This document shows, piece by piece, positions 41,690 to 51,519 of a DNA stretch of 64,000 bases. Both the position numbers and the translations under genes were made by a program. Below the pieces are notes generated by a model. The model ran no database searches, had not been told where the DNA came from, and saw nothing but the letters and a program-made list of their open reading frames with translations. Each line of letters starts with the position of its first letter. Position 1 is the first letter of the stretch. Source of the stretch: an uncultured Dehalococcoidales bacterium (GTDB taxonomy: Bacteria; Chloroflexota; Dehalococcoidia; GIF9; UBA5629); assembly GCA_964548415.1 (NCBI GenBank), contig CAZJQG010000001.1, positions 13,680 through 77,679 of the forward strand, read 5' to 3'.

Positions 41690-42090
41690 CTTTTTGGCAC
41701 CATAAACCTTTCCCGTTTTATTACGTTTTATATATTAGGAGCGAGTCATCGCCCCCTTAACCAAACTGAGAGACCAGCGTCGTGACCAGCGCTGGTTTCT
41801 CCCTTTTTAATTGGTTTAAATCCCCCTTAATCCCCCAATGAAAACCAAAGACCAAAAGCCAAAAGCAAAAAAAGTTAAATGTTAAAGGCTAAAAGTCAAA
41901 GGTTCAGGTAAAACGTAAAAAGTTAGGTTATAAAGACATAGTTAAACATTTTATATTTGACGTTTAATTTTTAACTTCGGTTGAAATCCCCCTTAGTCCC
42001 CCTTTTTCTAAGGGGGAGAGTAGAGATCATGTTGAGTGAAAAGTCTCCCTTTCGTAAAGGGAGATTTAGAGGGATTTTTGAGACTAAATC
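41690..42090. repeat. repeat-packed intergenic region: AAAACC module, gttaaatgttaaaggctaaaagtcaaaggttcagg module, aaggggga and ctccctttcgtaaagggagatttagagggatt hairpins
   Basis: Modules match 24595-24700 and 31291-31335. The small ORFs predicted here (41971-42163) are repeat artefacts. Confidence 0.55.
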
Positions 42091-42324
42091 GTCACTTATC
42101 CGCATTATTGCTAAGTTTAAAACAGGTCTATATATCCTGAACGTTATGACCAACAGAATTTAGTAACTATGTAATAAAATTTTTATAAAATCGCTCGAAA
42201 TTTTATATTTTTGTAATCATCTGCATGCTAATATGTATTAAATTATATATTTGAAATGAGGAAGGTAAAATTCACCTCGATATCCTGCCGGTGGCAGCCT
42301 GATAGCAACCCGGATAAAGCATAA

Positions 42325-42672
42325 ATGCACGTACTAATTGTCGACGACGATGCCAGAATACTGAGGTTTATCAGTTCGAGCCTCAAGCTGGCCGGGCATT
42401 CCGTGTCTATCGCTACTTGCGGAGAGGATGCGCTCAAGCTGGCGGAATCAGACGAGCCTGATGTCATGGTCCTCGACCTGCTGATGCCTAAAGTAGACGG
42501 CTTCGAGGTTTTGACCAGATTACGCGCTGTCTCTGAGATACCCGTGATAGCCATCAGCGCTCACACGTCCTCTCGTGAGAAAGCCCTGAGCCTGGGAGCC
42601 AACACTTTTCTGGCCAAGCCGTTCAGGCCCGAAGAATTGATCAGGATAATCGCCTCCCTGTCTGTAGCATAA
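42325..42672 (+). CDS. stand-alone response-regulator receiver domain (CheY-like)
   Basis: DDD...D phospho-acceptor (VMVLDLLMP)...K pattern. No output domain. Confidence 0.8.
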   Translation: MHVLIVDDDARILRFISSSLKLAGHSVSIATCGEDALKLAESDEPDVMVLDLLMPKVDGFEVLTRLRAVSEIPVIAISAHTSSREKALSLGANTFLAKPFRPEELIRIIASLSVA

Positions 42673-42722
42673 CAACCAAATCGATTTCATCAGGTGGATT
42701 CAGTTATCCGGTAGTTGGGCAC

Positions 42723-45101
42723 CTACGCCAGCGGCAGGCTGAAGAAGAAAGTAGCGCCCCGTCCCGGCTCCGATTCGACCCAGATGCGGCCTCCGTGAGC
42801 TTCCACCAGCCGGCGGCAGACATTGAGCCCCAGCCCAAACCCTCCGACGTTATCAAGCAGCTCCAGTCGCTCGAATGGCTGGAATAGCTTTGCCTGGTCT
42901 GCTTTCGAAATGCCGATTCCACGGTCTTTGACCACCACGACCAGGCAATCATTCTCTTTCCGGGCGAGTACCGAAATATCGCCACCATCGGGAGAGTATT
43001 TGATGGCGTTGTCCAGCAGATTATGCAGTATCCTCTCCAGGCGAATCTTATCGGCGTTTACCGGAGGCAGACCATCATCGATGTTCACAACTAAATTATG
43101 CATATCCGATCTGCCCCTGTATACTTCCACGACATTTCGTATGATATCAGCGATATCTATTCGTTCTCTTCTTATTACCAACCGATCTGCCTGAGCCCGT
43201 GATAGTTCGAGCAGATTGTCCACAATAGTGGCCAGCGTTTCCGCCGATGAAGCGGCGTCCTGGAGGAGTTCGCGTGCGTCTTTCTTTGATATACGCGGGC
43301 TCATAGCCGTGGACACGGCTCCGATAACCACGGTAATCGGCGTCTTTAGCTCATGAGAAACCAGGCCGATGAATTCGTCCTTTAGCTGTTCTGCCTTTTT
43401 ACGCTCGGTGATATCCTGACCCTGGGCAATGGTGGCTACCGGAGTTTTGCCGTCGGCGTCGAAGATAGTGGCGGAGTTCCACAGGACGATCCGGATCGGG
43501 CCATCGATATGCTGAATGGGTATTTCGACTACCTCCAGGTGCTGGCTGGCCATGGCATCAAGAATATGGCCAAGGGATGCCTCCCGGCTATCATCCGGGA
43601 ATAGTATGTCCAGTTTCTTGCCCAGCACTTCTTCGGCAGTTCGTCCCGTAAGCCGCTCGAAGGCATGATTAAATCGGGTAATCTCCAGCGCCGGATTCAG
43701 TACCACAATGGGGGCATTGGCGTAGTTAAACAGGTTATCCAGATAATCACGTGCCTCCCGCAGTGACTCTTCGGCCCTGTCACGCTCTTCCCTGATGCGC
43801 AGTACTGTAATGCCGAATGCCAGGTCGCCGGCCAGCTCCTCGAGTAGCTGTACTTCGACCGGGGTGAAGCCGTTGGGCTCAGCGGCGTACAACGTGAATA
43901 CGCCGAATATTTTGCCGTCGTTATCCGACAGCGGAATGGCTATGCTGGAGCGGAAACCCCTGGCAAGTGCCGCCTCTCGCCACGGAGCTGCCCTGGTTTG
44001 GGTGGCAAAATCCTGACAGAAGTCGGTCTTGCCGGTACGCACGGCCGTGCCGGTAGGTCCGCGTCCCAATTCGGTATCAGCCCACGAAATCCTGGCTTCC
44101 TTTAGATAACCATCTTCTACACCCGCCGAGGCTACCGGACGCACCGACCTGGCTGCATCGTTTTCCGCCAGGCCCACCCAGGCCATGCGGTAGCCGACCA
44201 CATCGCACATAATACGGCAGACTTCATTTAGGAGCATCGGCTCGTCTGTAGCCCGGACTATAGCCTGGTTGCAGTCACTAATGGCCCTCAGCCGGCGGTT
44301 TAATCGACCCAGCTCTTCTTCGGCCTTTTTACGCTCGGCAATCTCTCTTTCCAGGTCTGTCTTGGAAGCGGTCACCTCTTTCAGACTGGCCGTCATACGG
44401 TTAAAGGCTGCGGACAAATCACCAATTTCATCATTCCTCCTCACCTTAAGTTTGAAATCCATATTGCCGGCTCCTATTACCAAGGCGCCTGCTTGAAGCT
44501 TGTTTATGGATTTTAAAACACGCTGCTGGACAATAAGGTAGCTGACCAAGAAGTAGGCGCCAAATACACCTATCATGGCGAATATCACAGTCATATTAAG
44601 TCTGTGCAATTGCCCTACTTGCGCATCTAGAAGCTGATTCAGGCGGGCAGCATCTAAGGCTAAAGCCTGGGTCTGTATCGCCATTCGGCTCCATGAGACC
44701 TGGAAAAAGGCCATGTCCGAGGGGGCATTCTGATTTTGTGACGTAGTGGCCACGCCGGATACTATACTGTCAAATACTTCCTTTAAGCGCTGTGCATTGG
44801 CCTGTATATTGGTGATTAGAGCCTGCTGTTCCGGTACATCCGTCTTCAGGCTGTCAACATCTTCGGAAAAGGTGATGAACCTGGACTGCCACCGGCTGAG
44901 TTGCTGGCTTTCACGGTAAATAAGGTAGTCGCTCGCCAGATAGTTTAAATCGCCGGCTCCCTGCGCGATATCTCCTGAAATCTCCGCCTGCCGGCTTATT
45001 TTTTCCACCAGTTGGCTGGTAAATATTACCGAACCGACAATGGCAACCAGAACGACACTGAAAAGAATTATGGTTATATAAAATTGCGTCCGTATTTTCA
45101 A
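42723..45101 (-). CDS. membrane sensor histidine kinase (HAMP-GAF-PAS-HisKA-HATPase)
   Basis: H-box SHELKTP. N-box, G1 (DRGIGI) and G2 (GGFGLGL). GAF and PAS regions. N-terminal TM. Confidence 0.85.
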   Translation of the reverse strand: MKIRTQFYITIILFSVVLVAIVGSVIFTSQLVEKISRQAEISGDIAQGAGDLNYLASDYLIYRESQQLSRWQSRFITFSEDVDSLKTDVPEQQALITNIQANAQRLKEVFDSIVSGVATTSQNQNAPSDMAFFQVSWSRMAIQTQALALDAARLNQLLDAQVGQLHRLNMTVIFAMIGVFGAYFLVSYLIVQQRVLKSINKLQAGALVIGAGNMDFKLKVRRNDEIGDLSAAFNRMTASLKEVTASKTDLEREIAERKKAEEELGRLNRRLRAISDCNQAIVRATDEPMLLNEVCRIMCDVVGYRMAWVGLAENDAARSVRPVASAGVEDGYLKEARISWADTELGRGPTGTAVRTGKTDFCQDFATQTRAAPWREAALARGFRSSIAIPLSDNDGKIFGVFTLYAAEPNGFTPVEVQLLEELAGDLAFGITVLRIREERDRAEESLREARDYLDNLFNYANAPIVVLNPALEITRFNHAFERLTGRTAEEVLGKKLDILFPDDSREASLGHILDAMASQHLEVVEIPIQHIDGPIRIVLWNSATIFDADGKTPVATIAQGQDITERKKAEQLKDEFIGLVSHELKTPITVVIGAVSTAMSPRISKKDARELLQDAASSAETLATIVDNLLELSRAQADRLVIRRERIDIADIIRNVVEVYRGRSDMHNLVVNIDDGLPPVNADKIRLERILHNLLDNAIKYSPDGGDISVLARKENDCLVVVVKDRGIGISKADQAKLFQPFERLELLDNVGGFGLGLNVCRRLVEAHGGRIWVESEPGRGATFFFSLPLA

Positions 45102-45175
45102 TTCAGTTCCTTACGAATTATGTTTACCGTTTCATTGTTTTTTAGTCTATCGGTTAATTATACCGCCTGGCCGGG

Positions 45176-46153
45176 TTACCTAATAATATTTACGCTTTCA
45201 GGTTTTATCGCTTTAAGGTAACTCTCGTCAACGTAGTTGAGGAAATCCGGCACCTGTTTTTCGGTCGTAAGATCGTTATTTATCATCCACCTGGCTTCGT
45301 CTTCCATCGACAGGATGAGTGACTGGTCGAGAGATACGGAATACTGGTTTCGAGGCCAGACCGTTTCCACATAAGGAGCATCCAGGCCTAACGACTTTTG
45401 TACGATTGATTTTGCTTCCTGCGGATGGTGGATGAAATAGCCTTCAGCTTGCACCAGCGATTTAAGGAACCTGCCCGCCGGTTCCGGGTGCTCTGCTACC
45501 CACCCAGGCGAAGAGATGATTAATCCATAAGTGGACTGGCTGCTTTGTGCCGGCCATATAAGCACGTTTCCGTCCATTTTATCCCGAATTGACTCTATAT
45601 ACGGTTTAGCAGTACAAACGGCATCGACGTCTCCGTCTACGATGGCGTTCACCCATTCTTCCGGTGTTTTGAGGTCAACCGGGACTACATCCTGGATACC
45701 CAGACCATTCAGATCAAGAAACCGCCCCAGGTAGAAATGTGCGACAGTTCCAAAAGTAGTTCCAACTCTTTTCCCTTTCAGGTCTGAGACCTCATCAATC
45801 CCCCGGTCTTTCCGCGCCACAAGGTAAATGAGATCAACTTTATCAATGTTTCCAATTATGAGCATTGGCTCTTTCTGGAAGGCCCTCCCGACAACGGGAA
45901 ATTCGGTTGTACCTACGACAATATCAGCTTCTCCCTTTAGCATTCCGGCCAGCGCACCTGCACCGCTATCATATTTGCGCCATGTTATGTTAAGTCCGTT
46001 TTGGCTGAAAAAGTTCTGGTCCTGGGCAATCCAGGCAAGCGCGATAGTTTCAAACGGGGAGTACGCCGCTGTGATGAAATCGGTTTTTGTCGTACAGGAT
46101 ATTGCGCCGAGGCCGGCCGTCAGGCTGACCAGAACAGCACACATAAAGAACAC
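45176..46153 (-). CDS. periplasmic substrate-binding protein (NMT1/THI5-like, nitrate/sulfonate/bicarbonate family)
   Basis: Signal peptide. Family-typical segments (GLNITWRKYDSGAGAL, VGTTFGTVAHFYLGRFL). Confidence 0.65.
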   Translation of the reverse strand: MFFMCAVLVSLTAGLGAISCTTKTDFITAAYSPFETIALAWIAQDQNFFSQNGLNITWRKYDSGAGALAGMLKGEADIVVGTTEFPVVGRAFQKEPMLIIGNIDKVDLIYLVARKDRGIDEVSDLKGKRVGTTFGTVAHFYLGRFLDLNGLGIQDVVPVDLKTPEEWVNAIVDGDVDAVCTAKPYIESIRDKMDGNVLIWPAQSSQSTYGLIISSPGWVAEHPEPAGRFLKSLVQAEGYFIHHPQEAKSIVQKSLGLDAPYVETVWPRNQYSVSLDQSLILSMEDEARWMINNDLTTEKQVPDFLNYVDESYLKAIKPESVNIIR

Positions 46154-46232
46154 AACCTTCGTTATGGCTTCGCCCCCTGTTTAGCCCAAAGACATTCAAC
46201 TGTAAAGCCGGGATTTACTCAAACTACGATTT

Positions 46233-46730
46233 CTAGTTAAGGTTAAATGAGGAGATAATATAGGGGAAGGGATAACCACTGTATCCCGCCGCATCTCCGG
46301 CTGTATCTAATTTATAGACGTGGTCCTCGGTGCTCTTGAAATAAGCCTCCCCGTGATATGGTCCCGTACCGGCATCGTAGTCGTATGACACGTACCAGTT
46401 CCAAAATCCCTCCATGGCTTTGTTTTCCAGCAGCGCGAAATCTACGTTACCAGTCCCCATAGCCATAACCCATCTCTGGGCGGCATCCTGTGCCGTCATT
46501 GGCCCTATCACGTCTATTCTCACGGATGCCAATCCCGACTGAGATTTTACGACGTATATCAAAGAATCCTTGGAAATTTCAGACTGCCAGTTTATCGGAT
46601 ATTTAAAGCTGTAGCCGCCGACATCGTTGGTATAAGTGGTATATCCGGACTGCCCACAAGCTGTGACAACTCCAGCCAGTAATACCACAACCCACAGAAG
46701 CGAAAACCAATGTTTGACGCTATTCCTCAT
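46233..46730 (-). CDS. secreted lipoprotein with a YxFxYPxxW domain
   Basis: Signal plus AGVVTAC lipobox. GYSFKYPINWQSE resembles EYGFSFEYPKDWVERPD in the 54488 and 55281 proteins. Confidence 0.5.
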   Translation of the reverse strand: MRNSVKHWFSLLWVVVLLAGVVTACGQSGYTTYTNDVGGYSFKYPINWQSEISKDSLIYVVKSQSGLASVRIDVIGPMTAQDAAQRWVMAMGTGNVDFALLENKAMEGFWNWYVSYDYDAGTGPYHGEAYFKSTEDHVYKLDTAGDAAGYSGYPFPYIISSFNLN

Positions 46731-46803
46731 TGAACCTCCTTGTGGCCGCCTTATTTACCGGCCTGCATGATTATACTGTTTAACCGCAGACGTGTCACGT
46801 TAG

Positions 46804-46839
46804 TATCAAATTGCTAGCAAAATGAGATTAAATTTGATA
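46804..46839 (+). promoter_or_regulatory. 9-bp inverted repeat TATCAAATT-N18-AATTTGATA upstream of the acyl-CoA ligase operon (candidate operator)
   Basis: Seen directly, about 40 nt upstream of the RBS for 46878. Confidence 0.25.
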
Positions 46840-46877
46840 TACTTACGACTTAGCAAAAAGGAGGACACTATACAATC

Positions 46878-48740
46878 ATGGCTCAGCCAAAGAAGTCACG
46901 CCCTAAGAAGCCTTTCCCGAAGAAACCTCTCGCCAAGAAATCTCTCGCCAAGAAATCCTTCGCAAAGAAATCTCTCAAAAAGATATCTGTCACCAAGAAG
47001 CCTCTCGTGAAGAAGGCTGAATCAAGAAAAGGCGATATCAATAAAGCTCGATACGAATCCAGACCATGGCTCAAGTTCTACCTCAAAGAAGTACCGGCAG
47101 ATGTTAAAATCCCGGAAAAATCAGCAGTGGAAACCTTTGATGAATCCACAACTAAATGGAAGGATAGGACTGCTGTAATATTTTACGGCAGGAAGATAAG
47201 TTACAGCGAATTAAGAGACCAGGTAGACAGGTTTGCAGCCGCTATGCAAGACCTGGGCGTAAAAAAAGGCGACCGGGTCGCACTGCTGCTACTAAATTCG
47301 CCACAATTCATCATAGCCTATTTCGGCGCCCTGAAGGCAGGAGCTGTACTGACGGCAATCAGCCCGGTATACGTCAGTCCTGAAATCAAACATCAAATTG
47401 AAGACAGCGGCGCCAGGATATTAATTTGTCAGGATATACTTTATGATAATGTGGAACGCTCCGGTGTTAAACTGGACAAGGTAATATTAACCAGTATCGC
47501 CGAATACCTGCCCGGTATGAAAAAGTTCCTGGGCAGCAGCATTTTAAGGGCAGTCTATCAGAAGATGGCTGCACCGCCTGTAGAAATCTTCCAGAGGGAA
47601 GGCTTCCATCAATTTCAGGACCTGATCAAGAAATACCCACCTAATCCGCCAAAAATTAAGTTCGATATACATAATGACTTGGTCACCCTACCCTATACTG
47701 GAGGGACCACAGGACTTCCCAAGGGTGCCATGATAACGCATTATAATATCACCGCAGCCCGATTCATAAGCTCGGAGTTCTGGGGCAATGTCGTAGAAGA
47801 AGGTAAAGAGACCATACTGGCATATTTACCCTTCTACCATATTTACGGTCAATCGGTGATTATGCTGGGAGGTATGTCTCAGGGCTATACTCTGGTAATT
47901 TTCACGACGCCGGACCTCGATGATATGCTTAACGCCATTGAAAGCTATAAAGTGACCCTTTTCTTCAGTGTTCCTTCACTGTATGAATATCTGAGAGACT
48001 ATCATCGGACAGATAGAGTCAACTGGAAGCGTATTAAGGTACTGGTTTCCGGTGCCGATGCTCTACTGGAAGATACAGCGGCAGGCTGGGAAAAACGGAC
48101 GGGTACCAAAATTCACGAAGGCTGGGGAATGACCGAGACCAGTTCCATCGGAATGGGCAGCCCTTACGGCAGACCGAAGATAGGTTCTTTTGGTGTACCC
48201 ATGTGCAATACCGTAGCTGGGATAATGTCCCCCGAAAGCACAAAATTTATGCCTCCCGGCGAGATAGGTGAACTGGTCGTCAGGGGTCCCCAGATAGCGA
48301 AAGGTTACTGGAAGAAACCTGAAGAGACCAAGAAGATGTTTATCACCCTCGACGGGCAAACATGGCTGCGTACCGGCGACCTGGCTCGAATGGACGAGGA
48401 CGGCTACTTCTTCTTTTACGATAGAAAACGCGACATGATTAAGTATAAGGGCCTGGCAGTATTCGCCAGAGAGGTTGAGGAAGTACTGAAAGCTCACCCG
48501 CAGATTAAGGAAGCAGGTGTAATAGGAGTTCCGGACCCCGAGGTGGGAGAGAAGGTAAAAGCCATAGTGGTTCTGGAATCCGACGCCAGAGGCAAGATTA
48601 GCGAAGAGGAAATTATGAAGTATTGCGCCCAGCAAATGGCGCACTACAAATGCCCCAAAATCGTTGAGTTCAGGGGCGAGGTCCCCAAGACTGACGTAGG
48701 CAAAGTTTCACGGCGGGAACTCAGGGAAGAAGAGCTTTAA
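46878..48740 (+). CDS. long-chain fatty-acid-CoA ligase (AMP-binding) with a Lys-rich repetitive N-terminal extension
   Basis: AMP-binding motif LPYTGGTTGLPKG. C-terminal K of PKTDVGKV. Strong RBS AAAGGAGGA. About 55-aa K-rich N-terminus before the region shared with its paralog (ESRPWLKFYL). Confidence 0.85.
   Translation: MAQPKKSRPKKPFPKKPLAKKSLAKKSFAKKSLKKISVTKKPLVKKAESRKGDINKARYESRPWLKFYLKEVPADVKIPEKSAVETFDESTTKWKDRTAVIFYGRKISYSELRDQVDRFAAAMQDLGVKKGDRVALLLLNSPQFIIAYFGALKAGAVLTAISPVYVSPEIKHQIEDSGARILICQDILYDNVERSGVKLDKVILTSIAEYLPGMKKFLGSSILRAVYQKMAAPPVEIFQREGFHQFQDLIKKYPPNPPKIKFDIHNDLVTLPYTGGTTGLPKGAMITHYNITAARFISSEFWGNVVEEGKETILAYLPFYHIYGQSVIMLGGMSQGYTLVIFTTPDLDDMLNAIESYKVTLFFSVPSLYEYLRDYHRTDRVNWKRIKVLVSGADALLEDTAAGWEKRTGTKIHEGWGMTETSSIGMGSPYGRPKIGSFGVPMCNTVAGIMSPESTKFMPPGEIGELVVRGPQIAKGYWKKPEETKKMFITLDGQTWLRTGDLARMDEDGYFFFYDRKRDMIKYKGLAVFAREVEEVLKAHPQIKEAGVIGVPDPEVGEKVKAIVVLESDARGKISEEEIMKYCAQQMAHYKCPKIVEFRGEVPKTDVGKVSRRELREEEL
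46893..47010 (+). repeat. degenerate 18-nt tandem repeat encoding (P/S)LAKKS units inside the CDS
   Basis: cctctcgccaagaaatct / ctcgccaagaaatccttc / gcaaagaaatctctc. Generates spurious ORFs on both strands (46822-47010 and 46883-47074). Confidence 0.7.
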
Positions 48741-49032
48741 CAGCCGCGTGACCCGACTGATTTTGGACATCAATAACTGTATAATATAGTGCTGTTCCAG
48801 GCTCTCTACTCAATTAGAGCCTGACAAAGGCTTGAAGGCAGATTCCCTTTTAGGGGATGTTAGAATTTGGTGCTATTATGAAAGTACCAGAGCGAAATCT
48901 GAAAGCGCTCGAGAATCCAATCTCATTTGTATTTGCATCTCTGTTTCGTACTATTATTTTTAGCCTCAGTTGCATTGGCAAAAACCAGTCGCTGTGCTAT
49001 ACTTTGCCACAAATAAAGGAGGAGGTGACGTA

Positions 49033-50742
49033 ATGGCGGTCGATCCTAACAAAACGTTATATGAATCTAGGCCATGGCTAAAGTTTTATCTCCCCGAGGT
49101 ACCGGCTGACATTAAGATCGAGGATAAGTCGGCGGTACAGGTCTTTGATGAAGCCACGGATAAATGGCAGGACAGGACTGCCATTGTGTTCTACGGCCGC
49201 AAGATGACCTATAAAGAGCTGAGAGAACATGTAGACAGATTCGCTACGGCTCTTCACGACCTCGGAGTACAAAAAGGCGACCGTGTGGCGCTATTGCTCC
49301 TCAATTCGCCACAATTCATTATCGCTTTTTTCGGTGCTTTGAAAGCGGGAGCCATTTTAACCGCTATCAGTCCGTTCTATGTTAGCCCTGAAATCAAGCA
49401 TCAAATCGAGGACAGCGGCGCCAAGTATATTATCTGCCAAGATAATCTCTACGATAATGTAGAACGGTCGGGCGTCCAACTCGACAAGGTTATCCTCGTT
49501 AACATTACCGATTACCTGCCCTGGCTAAAAAGATTCATGGGCAGCAGCGTTCTGCGTGCCGTCTATCAGAAGATGGCAGCTCCACCAACCGAGCTTTATA
49601 AAAGGGAAGGAATCTATAGTTTCAAAGAGTTGATCAAGAAGTATCCACCTAATCCACCGCAAGTAGAATTCAGCAAGGATGACCTGGTGACGCTTCCTTA
49701 CACCGGCGGGACCACAGGACTACCTAAAGGCGTCATGATAACTCACGAAAATATCAACGCATCAGAACACATCGCCGCAAATTTCTGGGGTGACATTACG
49801 CAGGAAGGTAAGGAGACTATTTTGGCCTACTTGCCTTTTTATCATATTTACGGGCAGGCGGTGCTAGTGGCCGGAGGCATAGCACAGGGCTACACTCTGG
49901 TGATATTTACTACAATCGATCTTGACGACCTGTTAAATGCCATGCAAACCTACCATGCCACTATTTTCTACAGCGTGGCTGCTTTATATGAATACCTCAG
50001 AGATTACCACCGTACCGACAGGGTAGACTGGAAAAAGGTTAAAGTTCTCGTTTCCGGCGCCGACATACTTCTTGAAGACACCGCCAAGGGATGGGAAAAG
50101 AGGACCGGCGCTAAAATCCACGAAGGTTGGGGTATGACGGAGACAACATCAGTTGGTATCGTTAATCCGTATGGCAAAACCAAAGTAGGCTCTTTCGGTG
50201 TGCCGCTTCCCAACACAGTCGCCGCTATAGTCGATCCCGACAGCGAAAAATTCTTCCCGATTGGCGAGATAGGCGAGCTTATTATTAAAGGCCCACAGGT
50301 TGCCAAAGGTTACTGGAAAAATGAGAAGGCAACCGACGAGACATTCGTTCATATAGACGGAGACGTATGGCTGCGTACCGGCGACCTATGCCGGATGGAT
50401 GAAGACGGCTACTTCTTCTTCTATGACAGAAAACGAGATATGATCAAGCACAAGGGGAAGGTGGTATTCGCTAGGGAAGTGGAAGAGGTTTTGGCGGCCC
50501 ATCCTCAAATCAAAGAGACAGGTGTCATTGGCGTAAAGGATGCAGAGGTAGGCGAGAAGGTTAAAGCCGTGGTTGTCCTTGAGACGGAAGCCAGAGGCAA
50601 GCTTTCAGAAATGGAAATAATGAAGTATTGCGCTGAAAGATTGCCCGATTATAAGTGCCCAACAATCATCGAGTTTAGAGGCGAGGTACCAAAGACAGAC
50701 GTGGGCAAAGTCTCTCGCCGAGAATTGAGAGAGGAGGACTAG
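49033..50742 (+). CDS. long-chain fatty-acid-CoA ligase (AMP-binding), paralog 2
   Basis: About 75% identical to the 46878 product. Start MAVDPNKTLYESRPWLKFY after the RBS AAGGAGGAGG. The 48970 start was rejected. Confidence 0.85.
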   Translation: MAVDPNKTLYESRPWLKFYLPEVPADIKIEDKSAVQVFDEATDKWQDRTAIVFYGRKMTYKELREHVDRFATALHDLGVQKGDRVALLLLNSPQFIIAFFGALKAGAILTAISPFYVSPEIKHQIEDSGAKYIICQDNLYDNVERSGVQLDKVILVNITDYLPWLKRFMGSSVLRAVYQKMAAPPTELYKREGIYSFKELIKKYPPNPPQVEFSKDDLVTLPYTGGTTGLPKGVMITHENINASEHIAANFWGDITQEGKETILAYLPFYHIYGQAVLVAGGIAQGYTLVIFTTIDLDDLLNAMQTYHATIFYSVAALYEYLRDYHRTDRVDWKKVKVLVSGADILLEDTAKGWEKRTGAKIHEGWGMTETTSVGIVNPYGKTKVGSFGVPLPNTVAAIVDPDSEKFFPIGEIGELIIKGPQVAKGYWKNEKATDETFVHIDGDVWLRTGDLCRMDEDGYFFFYDRKRDMIKHKGKVVFAREVEEVLAAHPQIKETGVIGVKDAEVGEKVKAVVVLETEARGKLSEMEIMKYCAERLPDYKCPTIIEFRGEVPKTDVGKVSRRELREED

Positions 50743-50745
50743 CAA

Positions 50746-51519
50746 ATGGCATTTCTCGAAGTCGAAGGTTTAACCAAGACCTTCGGTGGTTTGTCTGCGG
50801 TTAACAATGTCAGTTTCAAGATAGAAAGGGACGAAATTGTCGGCCTTATCGGCCCCAATGGAGCAGGGAAAACAACATTAATACGTTGTTTACTCGGCAT
50901 ATTGAAGCCGGACTCGGGTAAAGTCATTTTGGAAGGTAAGGATATAACCAAAAAACGTTCCTGGGAAATCGTGCAGAGAGGTATGGTGGGAACTTTTCAG
51001 GTGGTTAAACCGTTCCGCCATCTGCCAATCATAGCTAATGTCATGGTAGGCTGTCTTTGTCCCAGAATCACCAAGCGCGGTGAGTGGGTTAAAAGGGTCG
51101 AGGTGAAAGCACGTGATGCCCTGGAGTTCGTGGGCATCGCCGACCTGGCCCTGGAGCCGGCCTCCATCCTTTCTCACGGCGACTTGAAACGATTGGAAGT
51201 AGCCAGAGCTATTGCCACCGAACCGGAGTTACTTATCCTGGACGAGCCTTTCGGAGGACTGAACCCTGCAGAAACCGAGCTTGTTGCCAAGTCTATGAAA
51301 CGCTTGCACAAGGGTGGAAGGTTCGGCAGGCTGCACAGCGAAGGCCCGGCCATGCTAATCATTGAGCACAAACTTAGTGAGCTGATGAAAATAGTCGATA
51401 GGGTTATCGTGCTCAGCTTCGGCGAAATCATCGCCACGGGCACACCGGAAGAAATATCTAAAAACGCAACCGTTGTTGAAGCCTATACCGGTAAGGAGGT
51501 GCTCATTGCTAGAAGCTAA
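50746..51519 (+). CDS. livG: branched-chain amino acid-type ABC transporter ATP-binding protein (LivG-like)
   Basis: Walker A GPNGAGKTT, signature region and Walker B ILDEP. Confidence 0.8.
   Translation: MAFLEVEGLTKTFGGLSAVNNVSFKIERDEIVGLIGPNGAGKTTLIRCLLGILKPDSGKVILEGKDITKKRSWEIVQRGMVGTFQVVKPFRHLPIIANVMVGCLCPRITKRGEWVKRVEVKARDALEFVGIADLALEPASILSHGDLKRLEVARAIATEPELLILDEPFGGLNPAETELVAKSMKRLHKGGRFGRLHSEGPAMLIIEHKLSELMKIVDRVIVLSFGEIIATGTPEEISKNATVVEAYTGKEVLIARS

Noticed and set aside
24570-42090. Considered whether the recurring short repeats form a CRISPR array.
   Set aside because: Copies are irregularly spaced and occur in both orientations. They differ in module composition and are scattered across many intergenic regions, not arranged as repeat-spacer-repeat units. 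No cas genes are present.
41971-42163. Pair of overlapping 60-aa ORFs on opposite strands.
   Set aside because: They lie wholly within palindromic repeat modules (ctccctttcgtaaagggagatttagagggatt), which are symmetric and therefore open on both strands.
46822-47074. ORFs 46822-47010 (+) and 46883-47074 (-) encoding R/S/L-rich low-complexity peptides.
   Set aside because: Artefacts of the 18-nt tandem repeat inside the acyl-CoA ligase N-terminus.
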